From positions 13,020,001 to 13,084,000 of the forward strand of contig NC_043013.1 of NCBI RefSeq assembly GCF_006345805.1: 64,000 nt of DNA, written 5' to 3'. The notes under the pieces are model-generated. The model did no database searches, was not told the origin of the DNA, and saw only the letters and a program-made list of their open reading frames with translations. This document shows positions 35,590 through 48,141 of this stretch, in pieces; the first letter of the stretch is position 1; each line of letters starts with the position of its first letter. Source of the stretch: Octopus sinensis. Taxonomy: Eukaryota. The position numbers were made by a program, and so were the translations under genes.

Positions 35590-37755
35590 GTAATTCAAGA
35601 AATATGCCCCTAAATTTTATAATGTATAAGTACACATATATTAGGATTTCAGTTATGGTAATGTTGTAAATTGAAACATTTTTATCAGTTGAGATTTTTC
35701 CAGTTATTAGTATACAAAAACATCGCTTAGAAATGTGGATATCTAAAAGCAATGGGCGGGAGAGGTAACTAAAAGAATCTCTTAATTGTTGATTTCCATA
35801 TAAGTCATTTTTTCTTATGTGAAATTTGACTGGCGACTGTTGGTGCTGCCACCTACAGTTGCTTTCGGAATAAGAGAAGTTGAGAAAGAAAGTTTACTAA
35901 GAAATAGGGAGAGAGTAAGGTTTTCTATTTTCTTTACTTTTAACAGTGGATGAGAGATGCATAAGGAGACAGACTGAGTGATAGAATGAGGGAAAGTCTC
36001 TTACATGTTTAGGATTTCATTCCAGTAGTTTTTCAAAGATATTGTTTTATTTCTCTTGTTAATTTTCCCCAGACTTGATTACCATTTCCTTTACAAACTA
36101 CATGCACACCCCTCTGTGTTTCTCTCGGGTGCAAATGTGGGATCTCTTGTCGTATTTCCACGCTGCTTATCACGTGAGGATGACTTAGGATTAATTTCCA
36201 ATATGTTTTATCTCGCCATGGTACCTTTCCATTTGTCTTGTGTGTAGCATTCAGAATTCAACCATCGTTCGAAACACACGTGGGAAATGTGACTGGTAAC
36301 TGTTGTTGCTGCCACCTACAGATGATTTTGAGTAAGAGAGAGAGAGAGAGAGAGTGAGTGAGTTACCTAGAAATAGAAGGGAGGGTGAGGTTTTCCTTTA
36401 AAGAGAAAGAACCACGCAGGGCTTATATTTTTATTATTACAAGATTTTTTCTTACGAGGGAGAGAACATAAAATAATATTTCTATATAATTCAATTTTCC
36501 ACCTCATTTTTGAGTGTCCTAGTAGCTAGAAATAACGTTATTTCGCTTTTCTTTGAGCATCCCAATACATCATAACTTAGTATCATGAGGCCAGTTGGAC
36601 TATGTTCATTTAAAACATTTAGGAATTATATACAGTCGATTTTCTTATTTCCGTTTTCTTTCTTTTTTTCTTAAACGCTTAGCACTTAAGAAAAGAAGTG
36701 AAGAGATAGAAGCAGAGAAATAAAATCTCAGGGTTTTTCTCATAATAATTTGGGAATATATTAAATTGTTACATTTCCAAATCCTACTCCCTTAGATCAC
36801 CGGTATTATTTATGGAAAGCATAAAAATGGAGATCAACAGAAGACTAAAAAAAGTTAAATCTGATTGGTGTTTGATATAACATTATTTCATTTCTGTTCA
36901 ATCATTACTCTTAATACAGCAATGGCATAAATAATTTTAATAATCACACACATGTTTATGAGTGAAAGAGGTTAGGTTTTGTGATGCCGATTTGTTTCTC
37001 TTTTATATAAAGAACAAATTAAAGTGAATTAAGCAAAAGTTAAAACTGGTTTGTGAACTCACTGGGAAATCCACAGCATCTGCTAATAATGATCCTAATT
37101 ATATTTATGGAGAGAGCTAGAGAGAGAGAGAGGGGGTGAGAGAGAGAGAAAGAGATTTTGAAATTTTACTTTTCTGGCTGGGGACTTGATCTAATTTTAT
37201 GTGAAGAAACTGAAATGAGTTCATCATAGATGATGAGTTATAACCACGACAACGTATATTGTTAGAAGTGTTTTCTTATATAATATTAAATATGAAGAAG
37301 TCTCAAAAGGTTAAATCGATCATGCATTTTGGAAGTTTGAGATGAAGATCAAAATGTCTAGCTTTATTGTTACTTAAAAATTCTATAAATGCCAGTTTCC
37401 CCTCTTTCCCAAGATGTTAGGGCGAAAGCAGTAATTAAAACATGAAATCCAAAATATGAGAAATCCTGGTCTTTGTGTTCCGCAGCAAATGTAAATCATA
37501 GAAAGAAAATATATGGAAAATTTAAAAGAAAGTCAGTGTATTTAGCCAATTGGAAATGAAAAAGATGGCAAACATTGAAGCAAAAGACATTTTATTGGAG
37601 AAAGATATCTTTTGCAATGAAAATGTGTTGCTGTGAAGATTTAATTTTGATGTAGGGGCATATAAGAGAAACATTCTCCTCCTCCTCCTCCTCCTCCTCA
37701 TCATCATCATCATCATCATCATCCTCATCATCATCATCATCATCATCATCATCAC

Positions 37756-38110
37756 TGTTTAACGTCCATCCACCTTGCTGCTATGGGTTTGACAGTGTGA
37801 CAGGAGCTGGCCATCCAAGAAGCTCTCCAGACTCCAATTGTCTGTTTTTACATGGTTTCTAGGGCTGGATGCCCTTCCTAACGCCAACCACTTTGCAGAG
37901 TGTGCTGGGTGCACTTTACGTGCCACCGGCACGGGTTCATTCTACATGGCACTAGAACCTGTAAATCACATGCCTGCGCAGTCTCTTCTCTTGCACACAT
38001 CTGATGCCTCTTAAATCATATAGTTTTCCTCTTAAATCATATACACTCTGACATCCAGCGGAGCATTCTAGCTTCGTTTCTTTCAAGTGTTCGCAAGTCA
38101 TCTGTTGTCA
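37756..38110 (-). mobile_element. RTE-type 3' end/tail element
   Basis: Reverse complement of the GGTTGGCGTTAGGAAGGGCATCCAGC tail seen at 12250-12480, with a (GAT)n tail at 37677-37755. Confidence 0.7.
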
Positions 38111-39099
38111 TAGCTCATATTCCACCGCCAGTGGTTTCATTAAAATAAATCCAACAGTAATGGGGAATTTACAAAAAAAAATTAACCTGAATATTGAAAA
38201 ATGTTTCTGTCTTTAACTTTTTTGATGTACTACAATTTGCTGTTAATGTTATTCTCGTTTTGTTTTTAAAAAGAAATATAATTCGTCTAATGTTGATTAC
38301 GATACCATTTCCACTTTTTGCAAAAATTTCCGAGATGATAGTGACTTATACCTGTCATTCTGGCACCTTTTCATTTTCATGGAAGTGAAGCATAATTTTG
38401 AAGAAAAGTAATTTTATGGAAACGAAATCATTAATCTGTAATCCTTGAACAGTTTTCTGTTCAACTTTTATCAACATTGGCAGCTGCTCTATTTATCTGC
38501 AAAAGACATAGGAGTAATACATATGCATAAAGTGACTGGCTTAATATACCTGCAGCAGGATTAAATGAAGTATGTCTACATTGCTGCTATCAGTTCCAGC
38601 ATTATTTATTCATTTTTTTATTATTATTTTCTTTTGCTTCTATTCATAATATATATTATACTCACACACAAAATATCTAAGAATACCACAGAAAATTCAA
38701 TTGACTGGATCTCAGACGAGTAAAATTTACAAAGAACAAAATGAAAAAATGCTGTTGTATTAGAAAAGACAAAACACTGTGTAGAATTGTTATTTTCTTT
38801 GAAAAACGAAAGCCTAGGGGCTAATAATGCAGAAACATTATCAGACGTTCCTTTTGAAGAACCAGCTTCATTCCTAAGTAGATCTGCAGAAAAGAGGAAG
38901 AACGTATTACCTCAAAACATTCAAGGTGAAGAATCCTCATGTCCTACTGTCATGAATAGCAAAGTAGCATCATGGGATCCAGACACAGTCATATAATTTT
39001 CTGTCAGAGAAAAGTATTTGTCCATGTTCTTTCAGGCAAAAATCAGCCATATGTTAAAATAAAAATGCCTCCGACACCTTCCCAGTATCTCGACACCAT

Positions 39100-39860
39100 T
39101 ATAAACTAAGTGAAGGCAAACTGGCTGGGCACTATCGTTGTTTTAACAATTTAATGTTTTATACCATTCATGACAATGGTGAGCAGTTTTTTTAAAGATG
39201 TGACCCCTGTACAGCTCATCAGAGGGTAAGGTTTATTGTTTTTACTGCACTTTCCTGCAAGGTCAACATGACAGGTTTTCCAACAAGGGAAGCTTTACTG
39301 AAATGAGAAAAGCAGAGGAGAAACTGAAAACAGAAGAACAAAGTCAAGCCCCATCTTTTATGCAGAGATCATCTCATGTTAACAAGGAGTTGGAAGAACA
39401 AGTCCAGGGAAACAAGAAATACTGGACTGAAGTATTGCATTCTTTCATGTAGTGACTGTGATAATATTTCTAGTTGAGAGAGGTCTGGCATTTAGAGGTA
39501 GTGAAGAGATAGTTGGCTGAGAAATTTTCTGAGAATTATGGAACTTATAGAACAATTTGATCCATTTCTTATGGGTCACTTGAAAACCTTTGGCAATACT
39601 GGAAGTGGTAAGCAGTCGTACTTATCACCTACCATCTACGAAGAAATTGTTCTGTTGGTGGCAAAACATATCAAGAATTATATTGTTGCAGATTTTAAAA
39701 CTGCCAAGTATTTCCCTGTTTCTGTAGATCCAACACCAGAATGTTGCTCAGCTTTCAGTTATTGTGCATTATGTTCTTTCGGGTAAGCCAATAGAAATTT
39801 TGAAAACTGCAGGAGACAGTCTTATGACAATGCCAGTATTATGTCCGGTCATTTTGATGA
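39100..39860 (+). mobile_element. Decayed hAT transposase (ZMYM1/DUF4371-like)
   Basis: YSSSEGKVYCFYC, ERGLAFRG, ELIEQFDPFL..HL...GN.GSGKQSYLSPTI.EE...AKYF.VSVD.TP. Confidence 0.8.
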
Positions 39861-40150
39861 TTGATGGTATGGAATGCGGAATTGGTTGTAGGTATGAGAT
39901 TTCTAGTAGAGGAGAACGGAGAGAGGGTGTTCCTGTTGAGATAGGGTGTTGATGTGTGTATCAGTGATACCTGGGTAAGGTGGTCAGAGACCATCCAGCA
40001 GATGCTATTGTAGTAGCGGTAGAAAAGGCAGAGAAGACACAGCACAGTATGGGTCAGAATTTGGTGTATATTTGTAAGTGACTTCATGCCAGTCAGTTGA
40101 GTAATCTTTTTCTCTCTGAATATGGTCTTATCATACCTCAGATGTGGAAT
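39860..40150 (-). mobile_element. CR1/L2-type LINE 3' fragment
   Basis: LCLLCLFYRYYNSIC...RNT.S motif typical of the C-terminal end of these ORF2s. Confidence 0.5.
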
Positions 40151-40419
40151 GGTGAAACCCATTTTCTTAATTTATTTTGACGGCAACATATTTCTTATTT
40201 TTCCTTTTCAGCTTATTTAAAAGTAATCATTATTTGATTCAACTAAATTAAAATGTATTTATTTATTTCTGTGTATGGGTTTATGTATCTATGTCGGTGA
40301 TATTTGTATCTTTCATCGGAGTTGTTCTTTATCTCTTGATTTTGTCATTTTTCCTCTTCTACCTTCCCCATCACAACTTTACTTCAACAGTTCATTTGGT
40401 TTCTGTTTGTCTTTGATAG

Positions 40420-40504
40420 AAATTCTAAAGATGAGGAGCCATCAAAACCCTGTGATGCATTTGGTAAAATAAAGTTTACAGGACATAATCAGGAAAATGC
40501 AACG
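40420..40504 (+). CDS. TRPM: TRPM-family channel, exon B (NSKDEEPSKPCDAFGKIKFTGHNQENAT)
   Basis: Acceptor ctttgatag, donor gtattc. DAFGKIKF matches the TRPM 'TDAFG.I.F' motif. Phase 2 to 0. Confidence 0.85.
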
Positions 40505-40759
40505 GTATTCCTTTTGCTTGCTTTTTATTGATGTTGTTTGTAGAAATTATCCAATAATCAGCTGAATATTTTGTCCTTGGATTTGTATAGCAGCAACATT
40601 TTACATGCTTTTTGTGAATATTTTTACATATCGTTTCTTTTTTTTTTGTATCGTTGGCTGTTATTTTTCATATTGGTGTGTGTGTGTGTGTGTGTGGATG
40701 GATAGAAGTGATTCTGAGAGGTAAAAAAAATTTGCAAGTGCTATCATTTAAGGTTACTA

Positions 40760-41990
40760 TATGTGGAGATAACATGGAAGAAAGATCTTTCCAACAGAAT
40801 GACTTGTCATTCTAGCTGGTAGCAATATGATAGATAGGGCCCTGAAGAATATTAAAGCGGGAGAAATGCCATTAGCAATTACTATTATAAGGTTTTAAAT
40901 ACTTGGCACTGTGGGATATGGCTTAGTTACTTGTATAGTCAATCAGATTATACAGGAAAGTGGTATACCTAATGACTGGCATTACAGCATTACGACAATT
41001 GTTACAAGCATAAAGGAGATGATATAGAAAGGTAATCACAGGAGTATCAAATTGCTGCACAAGGACACGAAAGTTATGGGAACAACTACAGCTCAAGCAA
41101 TTACAGAAAAAGACGAGACGAGATAAAGTTCGGTTATGTGCTATAGATAAGTATTAAAAAATCCATGTTTTGGGGAAGTGACTGCAGATGTATTTGGGTA
41201 AGAGTAAGCTGCTCTACCTAGCATTCATTGATCTGCAGAAAATGTCTCACAGAGTTCCTTACTCTGAAAAGGTGAGGTCAAAGAAGAAGCTAGCAGCAGA
41301 AGAATAGCTTATGACAGCCACACAAACCCTACACAGAGATACTATTAGAAATTCCATGCGGTATACTTAGTGCAAACTATAGAAACACAAGAGTTGCCGT
41401 AGTATCACAGACAGTTAAACAGAGAAAGTAGACTCCATATGCAGTTGATGCACACTAGCAAAGAAATTCTAAATGTCCATAGGAAATAGATTTTCTGAAA
41501 TGCTCAGGAAGATCCCTAAACAAAAAAGATAGTTTCTATTACCCATCAGTGGAGAGGTTGTTCTGAAGTTATAGCTACTAAAATAAAAACAGGCTGGAAA
41601 AATTTCAAGGAGTTTTTACCTCTGTTGGTAACAAAATGCTTCCCTATCAGAATGAAAAACTGATTGTATGATGGCTATATACAAACAACAGTGCTACATA
41701 GTAATAAGATGTGGGCTCTAAATGCAGTGGACATGTGAAAACCTACGTACTCCGTTGGATATGAAAAATCTGTGTATATGAACAACAAAGTACAAATGTA
41801 TTTAAGAGAAAAGTTAGGCATAAGAGGAATCATATGCGTTCGAGGGAGAAGACTATGTTGATATGATCATATGATGGTTATGAAAGAGGCTAGCTGTATA
41901 ACGACATGCTGATCATTGTAAATGGTTGGCTCTTGTGGAAAAGATAACGTAGAACTAAGTAGTGAAAGCTGATTTCAGAATTATGAATCC
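40760..41990 (+). mobile_element. Heavily decayed RTE LINE
   Basis: Degenerate RT motifs (IPNDW, RSIKLL, ITASGWK.FKE.LPLL, LHSNKMWAL) with stops and frameshifts. Confidence 0.6.
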
Positions 41991-42099
41991 GAAAGAGATG
42001 ACAAAATATTGGGACGAAGAGGTGCCCTTCACTGGATCCCCTGTTTTCACTCTCTCCAAGACGTCTTGCATCATAGCAACTCTCTTCTAACTCATTTTT

Positions 42100-42560
42100 T
42101 CAGCTTCACTTCCTCAGATCGCCTCTTGATGCAGCTTCATGCCCTTTGGAGCCATCCTGTTATAGGATAGTGCTCTACCAGTTTTCCGCATATTGAGAGC
42201 AGTTCTAACCTACTCATGTGCTCGCTCAGATCTCAAATCCCATTTCCTCTCTAAAATACGGGTCTGACCACCTTACCTCTTTCGTGTTTGAGCCTCAGCG
42301 CAATGCCTCCTATAGCCTCGGTGGTTTGCGGTCAACTCACACCACCTCAAATGACCCACAATTTACTCTACCAACTGCACATACTAATCTATCCAGAATG
42401 CGATATGTGTAGGAACTCGTAGCATGTGCTACCTTGGTCATCAAGATCGTCCCAAGAACCTTCGCCATGATTTTCGGTGCTGCACTGAAACCGAATGTCA
42501 GCCGGATCAGGAAATATATTCTGTTCTTGTACCTCACCAGATAGTACCACCACTATTTCT
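42100..42560 (-). mobile_element. LTR-retrotransposon RT relic
   Basis: VRYKNRIYFLIRLTFGFSAAPKIMAKVLGTIL...ATSSY. Confidence 0.55.
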
Positions 42561-42941
42561 CAGAGCTGTAGATAAACCGACTTAACATCGACGATCGTAG
42601 TCATCCCTGTTGTCAGCCCCTGTCCCGCAAAATTTCACCGCCCTGAAAGCATTATACGTGCACATTCAACTCCCAAAAATCTAGCAATGGTTAGACTTTA
42701 TTCTTTATCGGTTGGACCCTAACACACTAGTGGGAGGACACCATTCTTCATTTCCTTTCTGCACTGTGGTAAAATGCCTTATTTTCTCCGTCTGTCCAGC
42801 CATGTAGTTTTGGCATCTTGTTAACAGGAACGACAAAGTGTCCACTGCCAATATAGACAAAATTATCAGTAACAATTTTTTTTTTTCCATTTTATCAAAC
42901 ATAAGGTTATATTAATACAATTTTCTTTTTTCTACATATAG

Positions 42942-43110
42942 TTTGTTCGTGTGGATCACCAAGCCTCTATGGACATAATGATGTGTTTGATAAAATCTAC
43001 ATGGAATATTCGTTTACCAAGTTTGCTTATGTCTGTGATTGGAGGAAGAGAAGACATTCAGTTGAGCCCACATGTTGGGCGTGGTTTATACAAAGCTGCA
43101 AGAACCATAG
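42942..43110 (+). CDS. TRPM: TRPM-family channel, exon C (FVRVDHQ...WNIRLPSLLMSVIGG...GLYKAARTI)
   Basis: Acceptor tctacatatag, donor gtataa. Matches TRPM MHR1 'YVRV...W.L..P.LLISV.GG...GL.KAA'. Phase 0 to 1. Confidence 0.92.
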
Positions 43111-43139
43111 GTATAAAGTTTTATTTAATAATAATAATG

Positions 43140-43795
43140 TGTAGAATATGTGGGAAGAGCTTGTGTCAAAAGAGTGAGTCACATTGTTAGTGTTTGTGAA
43201 AGTTTTGCGCAGAAAGAGTACAAGCATAGATATGACAAAGTAGCCCATAGCCTCCACTGGCTACAATATCGTAAGTATGGATATGAGGCTACGGGTGCTT
43301 GGTACCAACATACACCAGAAAAGGTAATGGACGATAAGGGGAACTTTGATTTGCAGACAGACAAGGTGTTACAGCACTGAAGGCCGGATATAGGAAGGAC
43401 AAACAAGAGTGCTTAATAATAAACGTAGCAGTTCCAAGAGATCAACACATCATCATGAAAAAAAAGAGAAAAAGTTTATAAATATGGAGACCTGAGAATT
43501 GATATCGCTAAGATGTGGCAGCTATGAGAGTCAAACATAAAGGTTACTCCTGTTGTCAAAAAATATCTGAAACAATTTTAAATACCCAACAATCTCGGTG
43601 TATTGCAAAAGTCAGCATTACTTGGAAATGGATGTATATTGAGTAAAGTACTGTCTGTCTGAGGTCCTTGTTGTGACTTGACAAACAGTGTCATTATTTT
43701 AATAGCCTACCAATGTATACAGTGCGTTTCTTTGCCCTGAGTATCAGGAAGAAACTCGGCAAGAAATGGAAACAGAATTGAACGAAGATTATAAT
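43140..43795 (+). mobile_element. R4/Dong-like 3' fragment inserted at a short (TAA)n just after TRPM exon C
   Basis: CRICG...VSHIVSVCESFAQKEYKHRYDKVAHSLHW...WYQHTPEKV...RPDI...KYGDLRIDIAKMW. Confidence 0.82.
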
Positions 43796-43819
43796 AATAA
43801 TTGCAATAATAAAAGTAAT

Positions 43820-44010
43820 AACAATCCTTTCCACAATAGGCACAAGGCTTGAAAGTTTGAGGGAAAGGACTAGCCTGTTACATCAAGCCCAGTGTTTCAC
43901 TGGTATTTAATTAATCCACCCCGAAACAATGAAAGGCAAAGTCGACCCCGGCGAAATTTGAAATCAGAACATAAATACGGATCAAATGCCGCTATGCAGT
44001 CAGCTCGATG
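43820..44010 (-). mobile_element. SINE (28956-type tail), 5'-truncated
   Basis: Reverse complement contains GGTCGACTTTGCCTTTCAT and the AAACTTTCAAGCCTTGTGCCTATTGTGGAAAGGATT tail. Confidence 0.75.
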
Positions 44011-44012
44011 TT

Positions 44013-44065
<53 letters not shown>

Positions 44066-44067
<2 letters not shown>

Positions 44068-44415
44068 AAAGGAGGGTGGTGTCATCAAAACTGAAAATCG
44101 TGTAACGAAAGAAAAATTTAAAGAAGAAATGAAAAAAAAAAGCATGGAATGAAAAACTGTACGGTCAGTTTCGAGAGATATGAATGCCAAGACAGATACA
44201 GAGGACCGGTGGCTGTGGATGAGGAGGAGTGACCTGAAAATAGAGACAGAAGCACTCATGTTTGCAGCTCAAGAACATGCGTTAAGGACCAAGTATGTGA
44301 AGTGCAGAGTAGACAGCACCATCGACAGTGAGAAACGTAGAATGTGTGGTGAGTGGGGTGAAACAGTATGGCACATCGTTAGCAAAAGCCCGAAATTGTC
44401 ACAACACAGATACAA
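44066..44415 (+). mobile_element. R4/Dong-like internal fragment after (AAT)n
   Basis: WLWMRRSDLKIETEALMFAAQEHALRT...CGEWGETVWHIVS..PKL.Q..YK. Confidence 0.8.
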
Positions 44416-44999
44416 AATCAATTACTTCTTCAATTACTTGTTTAATGTCATCAATTACTTCTTCAACAATAAATTTAGTGTTGCTCTTCTGAACAACAGT
44501 GACGTTGATGAAGGGCGTACGTATCTGAGCGTGTGACTGTTGGTCAATTTGTCAGTTGTCTTGTTTTTTTTGTTTTCGTGTTTATTTTTGTGGTTGTGAA
44601 CGTGTTTGTAAAAATTGGTTTCCTTGTGATGAAGGTGTTGATGTTGACGTTGATTTGTGTTTTAATCAGTGTTGTGACGGATTTTGTTGTTTACAGTCAT
44701 GTCTTAGGGCCTTCAAGTTGGACTGGTCTCCGTTTGCTTCAGATTCAGTTTTTTTCTCTTATCTGCGACAAAGACTTTTTGGTGCGATGTCAATGAAGTC
44801 TTTGCTTTTAAGAGGACTTAGTAGGACGAAGAAGGCAGATGTGAGATAATAGCTTTGTTCATACCTTGAAGAGTTGGTAATAACAGCGGAGATATTCGTG
44901 CTTATTCCTCTACGGGGCAAAAGGCTTTGAGGTGGTTCGTATACACACACCTAGAACACTTCATTTCTTTCGCTTCTATATAAACGGGCATCTGTTCGC

Positions 45000-45985
45000 A
45001 TTCCCCGGCACAGAAAAATCATGAGTAAGATTTATTTCCTATGAAGAAACTAATATCTGAAATTGCATCAGATTTCCATATCTATTGAGTTGTAAGGTGG
45101 ACTTCACCTTCACCATCTCCCCATGTTCCTCCTAAATCTCTCGCCGGATCACGGTGAATCGGTTCTTGACTCGAATACGAGTCAACCATTTATTCATGTA
45201 ACGGGAATCATCACAAAAGCCTGGAACGTGCAGGCTATAGTAACCATTTTTCTGGCTTCTTGCTCAGTGCTACATATAGCAGTTAACGTCCCGTAGTGCA
45301 TACTGTTGCATATGTGTAGTATTGTGGGGGGGCACAGTTCTTGCAGGCGTCTTTCGGTCTCTGCTGGAGTAGGAAATTTAAGTTTCCTCTCTTTGCGAGA
45401 AACACATTGGCAGACAATTCTTTGTCGCTCGGTAGGTTTTCTTTTTAATCCTCACTGGTTGCGAAATGTCACTTTGGTATTGCTGTGCTTTATTTTTCAA
45501 ATCTTCAACCGAATGGACGGTCCACTAGATTACTGCTCCCAAAAAAGATAAAGCGTTGTTGTGAGTCCTTATGTTATTGTTGTTGCTGTTGTTTTTTTAC
45601 ACAGTTGCCATTGGCAAATGTATTGGTCTTTTTGTTATTGCTGTTGTTTTCAATGTGGTTGTTTATGTTACTGTTGTTATTATCAATCTTGTTCATGCTG
45701 CTGATGTTGTTGCTGATATAGTTACTATTATTGTTGTTTCTGCCGCTTGTGCTGCTGCTGCTGTTTGTTTGTTTGTTGAGCGAAGCGGTCTTCGTCCTGT
45801 AGTGGGAGAAGTCCGACACGTGGTCCTTTGCTATTCGTAAAACCCGCAGAAGAAAAAGCAGGTCAACTCCCGACGCCGAGAGCATCGATGGATGGGTGAA
45901 TGCGCATCCAGGCTCAGCGGTTGCGTAAGAAATCGGGGACAAGAAACAGGAAGAAAGAGTGAGAGAAAGTTGGAGCGAAAGAGTA
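45000..45985 (-). mobile_element. Possible 5'UTR/ORF1 relic of an L1/Tx1-like LINE
   Basis: GC-richer segment with a pyrimidine-rich 5' end, an N/S/Q low-complexity stretch and degenerate ORF1-like text. The assignment is weak. Confidence 0.3.
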
Positions 45986-45999
45986 CAACAGGTGTTTCA

Positions 46000-46610
46000 G
46001 AGCTTTTATTTTCTAGATGATACCCGTTAATCCTGTTGTAGCTCTTATCCTATTGTTTGTTCACTTATCCATGTTGTTAGCCTTCAGCATTCTCCTTTCC
46101 AAGGGTCTTTGTGTTGATATAAATTTATATAATGTTCTTGTGGTTAGCCCAGTAGCACACACTAGTTGAAGTTCTTTTTTTACACACATGGACACGTTAC
46201 TACTCACGATGTGATTCAATTTACCAAAGGACGCTCATCCCAATTGTTCAATATTTAAAAATGTTTATCAGTATTTGTCCAACATAAGTTTATTGATTCA
46301 CATGTCTTACTATTTCATAATCTATTACTACACTTCAGCTGTGATTAGATGGTTAGAGATCATCTTCGTTTTACTAATATTAATTCTGAGTCCACATTTT
46401 TTGCTTTCTTCTGAGAATTTCTCAGCATTTCTGTTGTTACATTAATGCTTCTGGAAACGAATACAATATCATCAGTGAATTTGAAATGATTTAGCATACA
46501 ACCATTTATGTTCAATTTCTGACCAATATAAGTTTTGAAAAACCTTTTCTAATACAGATGTGAATAATTTGAGTAATATAGTGTCTCTTTGTTTGAATCC
46601 TTTGCCAGTT
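46000..46610 (-). mobile_element. Decayed RTE RT fragment
   Basis: GKGFKQRDTILLKLFTSVLE...INGCMLNHFKFTDDIV, a degenerate 'G.RQGD..SP.LF...L.FADDIV'. Confidence 0.6.
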
Positions 46611-46637
46611 TTCATTTCAATCACTTTGTTGTTTAAA

Positions 46638-47090
46638 TTGGGTAGGCAACTAAGTTCCCGCCATTTTTAAAATTTAAATTTTTTAAAAGGTTTAATAAAA
46701 AATAACAACTAATTAATCAATAATGTATTCACCCTTGTTATTTGCAACTTCTTCCCAACTTTCAACAAGATTTTCAATACCTCGTTGGTAGAAATCACCC
46801 GATTTCGACTCGAAACATTGATCCAACCAAGCTCTCATTTCTGCATCACTATTGAACGAAACTCCAAAAGAGGTGGAAATCTGTTGGTACCAAATCAGGA
46901 GAGTACGGCGGGTGTGGCAGTACTTGCCAGCCATGCGTTTGAATGGCTTCCTTGGTCATATTGGCGATATGAGGGCGGGTGCTGTCGTGCAGCAGAAGAA
47001 CTCCATGCTGCCGATTCGGTCTTTTCTCATGAATAGCCGTGTTGAGTCGTTCCATCTGTGGAACGATGTATGAGGCAAAAGTTGTTATAG
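46638..47090 (-). mobile_element. mariner transposase 3' fragment with TIR
   Basis: LLLHDSTRPHIA...VLPHPPYSPDLVPTDFHLF...FYQRGIENLV..WE.V..NKGEYI. TIR-like TTGGGTAGGCAACTAAGTTC at 46638. Confidence 0.9.
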
Positions 47091-47977
47091 ATAGATCCCT
47101 CAAGAACTACACAGGTTTGAGTATTCCTGATACACTATCTGTATCTTGCATCAATCTCTCTGTGAATATCTAAATTTATTGACTACACCCTCCTTGTCTG
47201 AGTCCTTCCTCCTCAGGGCCACCACTCCTCACTAACACAGGCGGGTGTACTGACAAAGCTTAAATGAACAAACATATGTTGAAAATCATTCCAGCAATGA
47301 CCATCCCAACTTATAAAGGGTTTTTCAGACTATTTCCTTCAATGTGTTCTCTCCTTTTCAAAGACAGTAGGGAGAGAAGGAGAAGATATAATTGCTATTT
47401 TCTAAAGGTCCAGTGACCATGTAAATGTTACTCGAGGAATTGTGAAATGGAAAGAGTGACAGTCATGTACCATTTCAGAGCATTACTAGACTTCAGCCAA
47501 TAAGTGAAACCAAGTCACACTTCCATCTAAGACTTTACTCTTACTCTCTAACAAAACACATTTCAAGTTAGCAATATGGAATAAAAAAATGCAGGGTGCT
47601 GATGATTATAGCTGAAAAGGGCTGAATGAAGTATATTGTTGTATTTAGGTTTTGGTTCTTTCTGTTATGAGTTCAAATTCTACTTGGGTTGTATTTTTGA
47701 TTTATATGTCTTGTCAAAAATTAATTAAGTTTCATTTAGTTCATCATATCTTTGTTTCTATAATGAGAAATGTATCAATATTTGAATCACCTCCAGTTAA
47801 TGACTGGTGCCTATTTCATCAAGTTTACATGGACAAAAGAAATTCAACCATTTTGTGTGAAGTCAGAATGTGAAAGAATATAACTAAATACCAGAAGGTA
47901 TTTTGTGCAAAAATCTACAGTAGTTTTAGAATAGGAAATCAATATTTGAATATAATTCTTGATCTCTTGTTTTGCAG

Positions 47978-48141
47978 ATGCTTGGATCATAACTGAAGGC
48001 TTACATACTGGAGTTGCGAAATATATTGGGGAAGTTATGCATAATAAGGAAAATAAAGTGGTTGCCATGAATGAAGTGACAACTCTTGGTGTTGCACCAT
48101 GGAACTGTGTTCGGAAGAAAAAATCCCTAGTGAATAAGGAG
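47978..48141 (+). CDS. TRPM: TRPM-family channel, exon D (DAWIITEGLHTGVAKYIG...TLGVAPWNCV...LVNKE)
   Basis: Acceptor ttttgcag, donor gtaaat. Matches the SLOG motif 'AWI.TGG..TGV...VG...IGIAPW'. Phase 1 to 0. Confidence 0.93.

Noticed and set aside
36080-36220. Open exon-like segment in TRPM intron A-B as the missing Cys-rich exon
   Set aside because: The translation has no TRPM similarity and the donor phase (0) is incompatible with exon B.
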